64,000 bases of DNA from Octopus sinensis (GCF_006345805.1 NC_043024.1:1674001-1738000), one strand, 5' to 3'; positions 12,629-24,328 are shown, counted from the stretch's first letter. Notes: generated by a model from the letters alone, not told the origin. Numbers and translations: made by a program.

Positions 12629-12686
12629 ATTTGGTGGTCTGAAAGCAATAGTGTCTGCTCCATTTCTTTCAGCCTCAGCAACGGGC
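12629..12686 (-). CDS. ERP44: ERP44 exon 8 (G-PVAEAERNGADTIAFRPPN)
   Basis: TTTCCAG acceptor, AAT|GTAATT donor, phase 2 to 0. Fits between exons 7 and 9. Confidence 0.88.
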
Positions 12687-13270
12687 CTGGAAAATAATTA
12701 GTCATTATTTTAATTAGGTTTTAATTTAGAGAAGATCACTTCATCTCTTTTCTTACCATTATTTCTGTTGAAATCCACTGCTTTTGTTTCGATTACTTTG
12801 GAAAATAATAAAGAATTTATTCAAATAACTTTGCCATTATTAAGATGGTGTCTGGAACTTAGATTAAAAATGAAATTTTGATGGATGGTTTTAATTTCAG
12901 ATCACTTTAGCCCTTTTGTTGTTATAGGTTGGCGTTAGGAAGGGCATCCAGTCGTAGAAACACTGCCAGATCAGACTGGGCCTGATGCAGCCTTCTGGCT
13001 TCACAGACCCCGGTCGAACCGTCCAACCCATGCTAGCATGGAAAGTGGACGCTAAATGATGATGATGATCTCTGTCAATAGACACTTCTTTGTTTTAATT
13101 AGTTTTAAAACTAATGAAGAATTTATTGGAACAACAGTCGTTATTAATCTGGTGTTTGGGACATTAATTAACAGGAAATTTTGATGGCAACCTTTTAATG
13201 TTGATTGCTTTAAAGGTTTGTAGCAGAGAACTAGGGACAGTCACAGATGGGTTGGCATTAAAACGATTAA

Positions 13271-13892
13271 CCATTTAGCACTGAAACTGGCCCTTATTCA
13301 GCCTAAATATTCTACCTTCTTTTAAGAGCAAATGGACCAGATCTGGCCAATCACGCTTTTCCTACAATGTCATCCTAAAAGTAAGCAATTACATCATTGA
13401 AATCTTGAAGCTACGAGATAATGCAGGATTAAAAAAAAAAATTTGAATAAAGGTGCAGGAGTGGCTGTGTGGTAAGTAGCTTGCTAACCAACCACATGGT
13501 TCCGGGTTCAGTCCCACTGCGTGGCATCTTGGGCAAGTGTCTTCTGCTATAGCCCCAGGCCGACCAAAGCCTTGTGAATGGATTTGGTAGACGGAAACTG
13601 AAAGAAGCCTGTTGTATATATGTATATGTATGTGTGTGTGTGTTTGTTCCCCTAGCATTGCTTGACAACCGATGCTGGTGTGTTTACGTCCCCGTCACTT
13701 AGCGGTTCGGCAAAAGAGACCGATAGAATAAGTACTGGGCTTACAAAGAATAAGTCCCGGGGTCGATTTGCTCGACTAAAAGGCGGTGCTCCAGCATGGC
13801 CGCAGTCAAATGACTGAAACAAGTAAAAGAGTAAAGAGTAAAAGAGAGTAAATAAGTAGAACATTTGACAGAGAAATCTGAATGCTAAAGGG
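13271..13892. mobile_element. piggyBac-like MITE with a nested SINE
   Basis: TTAA-CCATTTAGCA ... TGCTAAAGGG-TCAA. Family A SINE inside at ~13452-13850. Confidence 0.65.
13452..13850 (+). mobile_element. SINE family A (tRNA-type head, internal (TA)n(TG)n, conserved tail)
   Basis: Head GCAGGAGTGGCTGTGTGGT...GGTTCAGTCCC (A/B boxes); tail ...CAGCATGGCCGCAGTCAAATGACTGAAAC. More than ten copies in the window. Confidence 0.88.
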
Positions 13893-14001
13893 TCAAACTG
13901 GCCAGATCTGGCCTCTTGCACCTTCCCTGCAGTGTTAGTCTGAAAATAAACATCACATATGGCAGAGTAATGGTGAATGCTAAAGGCCTAAGTAGACTTA
14001 C

Positions 14002-14117
14002 CCAAAAGCAGCATAGAAGGGGCAGTCGTCCCTCAGCTGGCTGGCCACCCGCATGTAGGTCTTGTAGCCCTCTGACTCCTTGTCAGCAAAGTAGCCGATG
14101 ATGTTTCGCTTCTTTGC
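14002..14117 (-). CDS. ERP44: ERP44 exon 7 (AKKRNIIGYFADKESEGYKTYMRVASQLRDDCPFYAAFG)
   Basis: TTCTCAG acceptor, GG|GTAAGT donor, phase 0 to 2. KRNIIGYF and DDC match the ERp44 b domain. Confidence 0.96.
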
Positions 14118-15107
14118 CTGAGAAAAGACATAAAAAAAAAGACGATGATGATGATCCTTTCTACTATATGTACAAGGCCTTGAAATTTGGAGGGAGGGGA
14201 CCAGTCGATTAAATTGACCCCGGTGTTTCCCTGGAGTTAATTTATTAACCTGAAAGGATGAAAGGTAAAGTCAACTGCCGTGGAGTTTGAACTCAGAACA
14301 CGGCAGATGAAATACCGCTAAGCATTTTGCCCAATGTGCTAACGATTCTGCCAGCTAATAATAATAACATTGGAGGTGGGGTGGTTGACATTAGAAAGGG
14401 CATCCAGCTGTAAAACCTTGCCAAATCAGATAGGAACCTGGTGCAGCTCCCTAGCTTACCAATTTTCAATTAAACCGTCCAACCCATGACAGCAAGGATA
14501 ACGGATGCTAAATGATGATGATGATTTCTAAAACAAGCAAAAGGTTAAAAATTACTTTTTGTCTTTTTTTTTTCTCACAAATTAGGGGTCCAAGCCTGGC
14601 TGTGTGTGGTAAGAAGCACGATCAAGGGTGAAGAACTGGTATACTCCGAGAGGTAATCCGTGGAGGTAATCCAGTCGGGTAAGATAATCCAAGAATCAAG
14701 GTACTCCAAAGCATCAGTCAGATGGCTGCAAAGGTGAAGCTTGCTTCCAAACCACGTGGTTTTTAGTTCAGTCCCACTGCAGAGCACCATGAACAAGGGT
14801 ATTTCCACTATAGCCCCGGGCTGACCCGAAGCCCTGTGAGTGAATTTGGTAAACAGAAACTGTGTGGAAGCCTGCTGTGTGTGTGTGTATTGCTGTCTTT
14901 TTGCCTTGACATCATGTGAGCATCCCTATCATGCAAATGGGAGTTATTCATTTGCAATCTTCCATGAAAACATGTCCGGTCCTGGGGAAATATTATCTTA
15001 GTTGGGAACAGGCAAGGATTGGGGAGAGTGAAGGGACCTTAGAGAGATGTGCCTCATGCGAGCATGGAAAAGTAAACACTAAATGATGGTGGTGGTGGTG
15101 GTGGTGG

Positions 15108-15172
<65 letters not shown>

Positions 15173-15212
15173 GTGACAATGATGATGGTGGTGATGGTGA
15201 TGAAATACTTAC

Positions 15213-15397
15213 TTCAAGCTCATCGAGACCCTCTGAGGTTTTCACTTCTTGGATAGGATCCCTAAGCTGCTCCCGGATGTATTCCGCCAAAGCGTCGACC
15301 GACCTTTGGCCCCGATATTCTTTTTTCACCGCTTGCCCATTCCGGAACAGCTTTAAGGTGGGATACTTACTGATGTGATATGATGACGATACACTGG
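15213..15397 (-). CDS. ERP44: ERP44 exon 6 (TSVSSSYHISKYPTLKLFRNGQAVKKEYRGQRSVDALAEYIREQLRDPIQEVKTSEGLDELE)
   Basis: TTGCAG acceptor, GAA|GTAAGT donor, phase 1 to 0. KYPTLKLFRNG and EYRGQRS are ERp44 motifs. Confidence 0.97.
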
Positions 15398-15630
15398 CTG
15401 CAAGGGTGGGGGAAAACAAAAAAGAAAAAAAATTTTAAATAAAGAAATAAAACGGTCCAGAGAGAGATAAGATAGACACACAGACAGACACACACACACA
15501 CACAGATATACTGTTGTGGCCAAAAGTTTGGAACCTATTTTTTTTAAATTAAAAGTGTAATGCCTAAGAACAATTCCATAGAAATATACGGAACGTATGA
15601 CAGAGCTTTGGTAATATGTATACACATATA

Positions 15631-15800
15631 CGCAGGAGTGGCTGTGTGGTAAGTAGCTTGCCTACCAACCACTTGGTTCCGGGTTCGGTCCCACTGCGTG
15701 GCATCTTGGGCAAGTGTCTTCTGCTATAGCCTTGGACAGACCAAAGCCTTGTGAGTGGATTTGGTAGACAGAAACTAATGAAAGAAGCCCGTCGTATATA

Positions 15801-15849
<49 letters not shown>

Positions 15850-16078
15850 ATATGTTTGTGTGTGTGTGTGTATATGTTTGTGTGTCTGTGTTTGTCCCCC
15901 TAGCATTGCTTGACAACCGATGCTGGTGTGTTTACGTCCCCGTCACTTAGCGGTTCGGCAAAAAGAGACCGATGGAATAAGTACTGGGCTTACAAAGAAT
16001 AAGTCCCGGGGTCGAGTTGCTTGACTAAAGGTGGTGCTCCAGCATGGCCGCAGTCAAATGACTGAACAAGTAAAGAGT
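15631..16078 (+). mobile_element. SINE family A, full length
   Basis: Same head, microsatellite and tail structure as 13452. Confidence 0.88.
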
Positions 16079-16613
16079 ATATGTAAAGCGGAAACTTGTA
16101 AACAAAATATAAATTCTTGAAAATTTGTAAGCTTGGGGTCTCGTAATGTGGGTCCTCGTAAAATGAGGTCTGACTGTATATTGTATCCAGGGACAACCAT
16201 TTTGCCAATAAAAAAACATGTTCTGTTTCTATTTTGTTTCTTGTTGTTGTCATCACAAGTCAACCAATTAACTAATTAGCCAGTTAACGAATCAATTGCT
16301 TGATTAATCGTTCATTTCATCGTTCAATCGTTTGATTAGTCTGTTTGTCATCTCGTTAATCCAAGTCTATCCTGTCGTCTCCCGATGAAAGGAAATAACT
16401 AAACGGTCGCCAACCAATTACTGGTGTCCGTTTTACAAACTTCCAGGAAGAGGAAATCATTGACAGGGAAGAGGATGGGAAAAGAAAAAAAAACTCAGAA
16501 CAAATAGAATAAAGAAATGATGACGTTGACAATGATGGTGATGACGATGGTGTCAACAATGATGATGATGATGATGAAATACAAAGAGAATATGTAAAGA
16601 TGATGTCACTTAC

Positions 16614-16659
16614 TTTCTGCATCACAGTCAACTCTTCCAAATGCTATTTTACCAGGATT
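16614..16659 (-). CDS. ERP44: ERP44 exon 5 (NPGKIAFGRVDCDAE)
   Basis: TTCCCCAG acceptor, A|GTAAGT donor, phase 0 to 1. RVDCD motif. Confidence 0.95.
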
Positions 16660-16769
16660 CTGGGGAAAAAAGGGGAGAGAGAGAGAAAATGAAATTATGT
16701 AAATCAATTAGTGGACTGAACACACACACACAATCACACACACTTCCACAATCCACTCACACACAACCA

Positions 16770-16946
16770 CATGAAGCATGGAATAAACTGCCTGCGTCAG
16801 TTGTTGACTGCCATGACACTGCATCCTTTGAGGCCCTCATGCTTTCCGGGATCTGCCGAAACTACACCTTATTATATATACACTTTAGATGAGTTGTAGT
16901 GCACCTGAGCACTGTACACAATTATTATTATTATTATTATTATTAT
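16770..16946 (+). mobile_element. 5'-truncated copy of the same CR1 LINE
   Basis: EAWNKLPASVVDCHDTASF plus the same 3'UTR (GCACCTGAGCACTGTACACA) and (TTA)n tail. Confidence 0.88.
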
Positions 16947-17674
16947 AAAGGTAAAGTTACCTTCTCAAGTCATGCTGACTCATAAGGACTGGTTTCCCTG
17001 TTTCCATGACATATAAATTCTCCACCTGGATGGGACATCAGTCCTTCACAGCGTCACTCATTTTTGCCAGCTGAGTGGACTGGGGCAATGTGAAATGAAT
17101 GTTTTGCTCAAGGACACAACACAGCCCCTGTCCAGGAATTGAAACCACAATCTCACAATCATGAGTCCAACACATATACCCAAGGTATAACTTTAAACTG
17201 CATCTGGTCATGGGGTCCTAGTTTAGGAATTCCAAGGTTCTGAGGAGTGTAGAACCACCTTTTAGCCAATATTATTCACAGGACTGCTCTAACTCCAGAA
17301 CAGTAGCACGTGTCCCAGTGTCCCAGCCATGGGCTAAATAGCATGTAACAACCACCTGAGCTAGAATATGCTGAAGTCAGGAGCTGCAGCATGGTGGATG
17401 GGAACTATTTTGGCAGGTGAAGTTATTGAGTCAATGGGAAATATCACCAGATGCAGAATGGATGACCAGAAAACAAAGGTCAATGGTCAGGATCAACCGG
17501 TCAGTTTAGTAAATTACTGCTATGCTATCATCTGTAAAAACCATACCAAAACTGACCTCCCCTGTATTGGTGCCATGTAAAAAAGCACTCGGTCCACTCT
17601 GCAGGGTGGTTAGCATTTGGAAGGGCATCCAGCCGTAAAAACCATACCAAAACTGACCTCCCCTGTGCTAGTAA

Positions 17675-17905
17675 TTTCTTTACTGCCCAGAAGGGGCTAA
17701 ACATAGAGGGGACAAACAAGGACAGACGAAGGGATTGAGTCGATTATATCACCCCCAGTGCGAAACTGGTACTTTATTTATTGACCCCGAAAGGATGAAA
17801 GGCAATGTTGACCTCAGTGGAATTTGAACTCAGAACGTAGCGACAGATGAAATACCGCTAAGCATTTCGCCCGGCGCGCTAACGTGTCTGCCAGCTCGCC
17901 ACCTT
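17675..17905 (-). mobile_element. SINE family B
   Basis: Full-length reverse-complement copy. Confidence 0.85.
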
Positions 17906-18448
17906 GCTAGTGCTACATAAAAAGCACTCGGTCCACTCTGCAGGGTAGTTGGTGTTAGGAAGGGCATCTAGCTGTAAAAACCTTGCCAAAAGAGACACAG
18001 GAGTCTGGTGCAGTTTTCTGCTTGGCTGCTTCCTATCAAACTGTCCGACCCATGCCAGCATGGAAAACGGACATTAAACGATGGTGTCAATGATGATGAT
18101 CTGTAGTTGTGGCAGATGAAATATCTTGGCTACCACAAAAGATCAAACCCAGGCCTGACAGTCATGCTTACATAACTCAATCAACAAGTCTGGCATGAAC
18201 AGGTTGCACTGGTTCGAGCAAAGAGCCTGACAAGATTGAAAAACTGTTCAGATCTATTACTAGGACAACTGAATGAGACAACTTGGGGTCTCAAGAATGA
18301 GACCCTATAGGCCCCTCATATGTTCTGTTATTCACTTACCACTGTGAACCTTCCCCCTTTTTTGGGGAACCAAAAACATCTGTGATAGATAAGGGTGGAT
18401 GCATTTAATCTGTTTCGTGGAATTGTCGAAAACACTAAAAATACTTAC

Positions 18449-18518
18449 TGGAAATTCTTCTTTAATTTTTTTGGAAGATTCATCAAAGACTGGTGCTAAA
18501 ATTTGACTGAAACGGCAC
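18449..18518 (-). CDS. ERP44: ERP44 exon 4 (W-CRFSQILAPVFDESSKKIKEEFP), CRFS active site
   Basis: TTTCAG acceptor, CCA|GTAAGT donor, phase 2 to 0. CRFS is diagnostic of ERp44. Confidence 0.97.
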
Positions 18519-18576
18519 CTGAAATGGTATCAATGGAGATGAGATGAGATGGAGTTTAGCAGTGAGCAGAGAGATT

Positions 18577-18979
18577 CTTTTATTTGTTTCAGGCATTTGA
18601 CTGCGGCCATGCTGGAGCATTGCCTTTAGTTAAACAAATCAACCCTAGAACTTTAGTCGAGCAAATCGACCCCGGGACTTATTCTTTGTAAACCTAGTAC
18701 TTATTCTATCAGTCTCTTTTGCTGAACTGCTAAGTTACGGAGATGTAAATACACCAGCATCAGTTGTCAAGCAATGTTGGGGGTACAAACACACACACGC
18801 ATATATACATATATACGACGGGCTTCTTTCAGTTTCCGTCTATCAAATCCACTCACAAGGCTTTGGTCAGCCAGAGGCTATAGTAGAAGACACTTGCCCA
18901 AGGTGTCACACAGTGGGAATGAAACCGGAACCATGTGGTTGGTAAGCAAGCTACTTACCACACAGCCACTCCTGCACCT
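18577..18979 (-). mobile_element. SINE family A
   Basis: Reverse-complement copy of 13452. Confidence 0.85.
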
Positions 18980-19720
18980 TACATATATATATTCCTCAAT
19001 TTTAAATTCAAATTTCTGACCCCACTTTGCATTGCAAGGAGACACTTTGCTTGTATTGACAGCTGTAAACCAGAAGATGCCACAACTATGGATGTGCATA
19101 TCTGTAATTCTTTTAGTAGTTTCAGTCATTAGACTGTGGCCATGCTGGGGCATGTGCCTGTGTATGTGTGGTCTTTAAAAAAAAAGGACAGAGTACATAA
19201 GATAATGTAGTCCTAGATACACTGCCTGAGTAAAAAAAAAGGATGATCACAGCTAAAACATCATAAGATTAAAGCTATACAGTGAAGGGAGATAACCCAA
19301 CATGACCATGTATTTTGTTTGATGCTCTACTGGTTCTGCAAACCACCACCAAATTCAATCGTATGTATGTATATGTGCATGCATGTGCTGGTGTGTGTGT
19401 GTGTGTGGTCTTTAAACAAAGAACAAAGCACATTAGATAATGTAGTCCCAGATACACTGCCTGAATAAAAAAAAAGGATGATCAATGTTTCAACATCTAC
19501 TTCTCCCAGGGCTGACCTGAGACTAAGTAACTACCAGGGCTGCATCATGCAACCACTAAAATAAGGGACCTTTATATATATATATTGGAGCAATCTCAAG
19601 ATTAATCAGCCGAAATTGCGAGGATGATCCGGTTCTTGACTGAAGATTAAAGGCTTTGAATGAACCGTCCGTGTTTTTTGTATCGTCTATCTGGATGTTT
19701 TGTGTTCTTGTCCCATTTTG

Positions 19721-19763
<43 letters not shown>

Positions 19764-19869
19764 CGGCGTACGTACACTTTTTTATATATATATATATATA
19801 TATAGGAACACTCATTCAATAGATAAACAGGGAACAATGTGTTATTCATTTCAAGGTACCAAAAGTAAA

Positions 19870-20165
19870 AAAAGTGGGGGGGATATATCGTCCTTCATTA
19901 GGACATATCTAAGCAAAGGGACAGATGCTGTCCCTTAGAAGAAGATACCTAAATAGGATACAGTTCTTCATTTCTTCATTTGAAGGCACCCAATCAAGTT
20001 ACAGATGCTACCCTTCATTAGAGGGTACCGAAACAAGGAGACAGACCACTTTTCCTTAGAAGGTACCTTAGAAGGAAGGGGACAGACACTGTCCATCATT
20101 AGGCGGTACCTAAACAGGGGGGAATAAATACTGATCTTCATTATAGAAAGGTGCCTAAAAGGAGC
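19870..20165. repeat. Degenerate ~40-bp minisatellite (about 7 units)
   Basis: Approximate consensus AAGGGGACAGATGCTGTCCTTCATTAGAAGGTACCTAAA. Confidence 0.7.
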
Positions 20166-20223
20166 CCAACTTTTCCCTAATCTAGAAATAAACAAAAGAA
20201 ATAACAGGAAAAGGTTAACTCAC

Positions 20224-20263
20224 CAGTCTGCATAAAAATTTACAAATACTAATTCATGTCTGG
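20224..20263 (-). CDS. ERP44: ERP44 exon 3 (ARHELVFVNFYAD-W)
   Basis: TTTCAG acceptor, TG|GTGAGT donor, phase 1 to 2. Thioredoxin motif VNFYADW. Confidence 0.95.
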
Positions 20264-20594
20264 CTGAAATAGAAAATGGTAGATTTAGAGTGAAAGGGTG
20301 ATGGAGGAGATAAGGGTCAGGGGTAACATTTATACAAAGAAGTGTGTGTGTGTGGTCAATGAGGGACAGTAACGTAGTCGTGTTTTGCAAACAACTTGCA
20401 CATGCAGGGGCTACCAGTCGAGAACTCCGCATACCAGAAGCCAGCAAGTGTATGGGGGTCATCAGGAGAGAATGCATTCTGTTTTGGGGCCTACTTCTCA
20501 ATGGCATCATTGTGCACTGGAACCCCTCACTGATATGAGGCCCGCTTGCTGGATCAACTGGTATTTAGTAGACAGAAACTGAAAGAAGCCTGTC

Positions 20595-20639
<45 letters not shown>

Positions 20640-21342
20640 TGTCCCTTTGTCTTGCTATCATGTGATGGGTCTTAACAAGACATGTTGCAGGTTCCTGGTT
20701 TGCCGTGGAAAACAGGTCTGCCCATGAGTGTGTTTACAGTATGGAGTAGTGGAGGTGTATATTGTTCTCCCTACATTTATACACACACAAACATATGCAT
20801 GGCTGTATGTATGCATGAACGTGAGTGAGAGGTTGCTCTCAAGCGCAACTGGTAACATGTAACCCAGTACAACCTGTTGTGTGGGCAGGCTGTTGACTGC
20901 CCTGACTTTTCCTGCCTGGCACGGAGAGTTTGTTTCCGATGGATACCCAGCAGGACGAAAAACAAAACCTACCAAAGAAGAGACGAACTCTGTAGAGTCA
21001 ACAACCATCCAACAGCTGGGAATGAGAGAAGCCTGTCATATATAGATATGTATATACCTGTGTGTGTGTCAATATCCCTTTGTCTTGCTATCATGTGATG
21101 GGTCTAAACAAGTGCCACTATCACACAAGACATGTTGCAGGTTTCTGGTTTGCCGTGGAAAACAGGTCTGCCCATGGGGAAGTATTACCTCATGGAGAAA
21201 CAGATGTATGTAGGTGTGTATGCATGCATGTATGGACACATGGATGAATGTATGTATGTATGGATGCATGCATGCATGTATGTATGTATTAACACGCATA
21301 TTCATGTAAATGTAATAAAGGGGTTTAGCAAATGATACTGAC

Positions 21343-21412
21343 CAAAAATACTTTGTATATTGCCCTCAGTCAGTTGGATCGTGTCCGCTGCAGAAGGTTC
21401 AAAGAAAGACAG
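21343..21412 (-). CDS. ERP44: ERP44 exon 2 (LSFFEPSAADTIQLTEGNIQSIF)
   Basis: TTTCAG acceptor, G|GTCAGT donor, phase 0 to 1. Resembles the ERp44 N-terminus (ITSLDTENIDEIL). Confidence 0.88.
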
Positions 21413-22648
21413 CTGAAACAGAAACAAACGACACAATTACACACTTATTGAGTACAACAATGTCATAGGATATAGTCTAGTTATGAGGCATCATAAGAAA
21501 GCATTCTTTCTTCATGGTGACTGCAGAGAATTTGCCTTTAGAAGTTGGAATATGTCACAAGCATATTTTAACTAAGCCAAAAGTTCCTTTATTCCCAATC
21601 ACTGCTTGGCCCCGATGCTGCTGGATTTATCCTGACCAGGAAGTCAAAGAGTGCCACTCGGTCACTGATGTCAACTGTTTTTTTAATTAAAGTTACAGTT
21701 TTGAATTTGCCCAGTTCTATGTCTTTTCGGTATTTCCCATGGAGGAGGGCTAAAGAGCTAGAAACACCCATCTGGAAATCCAATAGGGGGAAGCACTGGG
21801 CAGATATGATGTTTTTATACCTTTTACCATCATCATCATTGTTGTTTAATATCTGTTTTCCATGCTGGTATGGGTTGGACGGTTTGAGAGGAGCTGACCA
21901 GCTGAAGGGCTTTTCAGGCTCCCTGTCTGTTTCGGCAAGGTTTCTATGACTGGATGCCCTTCCCAATGCCAACCACTTTACAGAGAATAAAGGGTGCTTT
22001 TAACAAAGTACCAGCATGGGGGCTTTTTACATGGCACCAGCACCTAAGGGCCCGCAAGATTAAGGATGCTCAGCTCTGGAGAGGGTTGCCTGTATGCAAG
22101 GGCAACATCACTTTAACTTAGCTTGAAGTGTCTTTTGAAGCACAGCAAACCACCAGCAGTCTCAGTCCCCTGTCGTCCCTTCTCAGTGAGTCCCAACATC
22201 TGACCATAAGAGAAAATTTTTTCTTTATGACAACTGCAAGGAATTTCCCTTCAGAAGTTGAAATATATCAAAAACATATTTTAAATAATCTAAATTTCAC
22301 ACACACACACACACACGCGCGCGCGCACATGTTGCTTTCTCAGTTTTTTCATGTTTCTTCTCTTGTTCAATTTCTTTAGTTCTTTATGCTATGTGGTTTG
22401 TGCCTGATGATATGTCTGAGTATTTCTCAACATATGAAACTATTAGTAGCACTTAAAGATGTGTATTGTGACCTTTGAATAAATAATATTTATCTCTCAC
22501 CACATGGAGTACTTTCTTTATTGAATTTTCTATCATGGAAACAGTACATTATATATACATCATCATCGTGTGTATATATATATATATGTAATAAATAATC
22601 TGGGTGGCTAATTTGCAATTTTACAACCTAAAGGTAGAAACACATGTG

Positions 22649-22847
22649 TCACTAAAGTGACAAAGGGCACGAATGAGCACCAGTATTGCTAGAAATAAGA
22701 GTCAAAACAACTGAATAGCCACAGGAAGCATTATCTTAATGACTGACAAGGGAGGCATAAGATAGTGCTTTCTGTGGCTATTCAGTTGTTTTGACTCTTA
22801 TTTCTAGCAGTACCAGTGCTGATTTGTGCCCTTCGTCACTTTAGTGA
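22649..22847. repeat. Fold-back inverted repeat (90-bp arms, 19-nt loop)
   Basis: Arms 22649-22738 and 22758-22847, 8 mismatches by manual alignment. Confidence 0.92.
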
Positions 22848-24168
22848 TGTGTGTATGTATGTATGTATGTATATATATATATATATATATAAAATACATA
22901 AAAAATACAAAATAGGACAAGAACGCAAAACATTTAGAAGACAATACAAAAACCATGGACGGGTCATTCGAAGCCTTCAATCTTCAGTCAAGAACCGGAT
23001 CATCCTCGCAATTTTGGTTGATTAATATATATATTTTTTGGCGATATACTGTGTAGAGCTGTCAAGCCAAGTGAGACTGTAGTCGTGGCTGATGTCCGTG
23101 TCAGGCCAGTGGCACGTAAAAAGCATCCACTACACTCATGGAGTGGTTGGCGTTAGGAATGGCAATCAGACTGGAACCTGGTACAGCCAGATCAAGACTG
23201 GAGCCTGGTGCAGCCATCTGGTTCACCAGACCTCAGTCGAACCATCCAACCCATGCTAGCATGGAAAGCAGACATTAAATGATGACAATGATGATGATAT
23301 ACATATCTATACATACATGAACAAAGCACCTTCAATATACGGAGAGAATTGTCATTATAATCGCTTGCTGTAACACAGCAAGTTTTGTAATATCGTTTTA
23401 TATGGTCTTTTACATTCATAAAGTACACAAATAACAAATTTCTGAGCATAAAAAAAGCATTCATTGTCATCAATCAATCTTGATTTGACTGTCAGAAAAT
23501 TGAATTTTAAATAGCTTTAAAGTATTCTTACTCAGAACGTTAAAATAACACATAACAGCTGTTATAATACCATTCTACCTCGAGGCTAATATTACCACCA
23601 CCGCCACCATCACCGTCATCACCACTGCCACCATCATCACCACCACCGCCACCATCTGTAGTAGCGGCAGCATGATACCACCATCACCATGGGAATCAAC
23701 CCTTGTCGCTAATAATTATGATTAAAATAGTAAATAGCTGCAATTACATGGTACTCTAAAGCAAGTACCCTACTCTCACTGCCATCGTGTATACTAATTA
23801 TATACAAAATATATATTTCAACAATGGAGGAACCACCACTTGTCATTCAAATTGCAAGAAACAGCAGTTAATCTCCCTCAAATTACACCCTACTCCCTTT
23901 TTTTCTTTTTTAACGAGAAAAAAAATCAGAAAAAGGTATGTAGGACACATTGTATAATGTAGTGTCATTACTCCTAAAAAGATGGGGTGGTCATGGTTGG
24001 ATTGGTTTTTTGTTTCCATCATAGATAAGCTTGATTGAGGGGCTGACCTGGAGGAGCTAAACATTAAAAACAAATTCTGTTAATAACAGCAGTTGGGTTT
24101 GTAGTAATGTCAGTTATAGTTTATCATACACGCATACACACACATACATACATACACGTGTATACATG

Positions 24169-24199
<31 letters not shown>

Positions 24200-24274
24200 T
24201 ATGTGCACACTTGTTATAACTGATTTATAGGTCTTCGATACAAATACACATACATCATACGTGTGTGTATGTAC

Positions 24275-24328
<54 letters not shown>

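Noticed and set aside
15054-15419. 121-aa ORF with a poly-Ser/Pro tail
   Set aside because: Only 15213-15397 is the real exon; the rest is read-through into a (GAT)n/(GGT)n retroposon tail.
19130-19480. ~85-bp direct duplication (~19150 and ~19400)
   Set aside because: A simple local duplication of repeat-derived AT-rich sequence next to (TG)n; nothing beyond that is visible.
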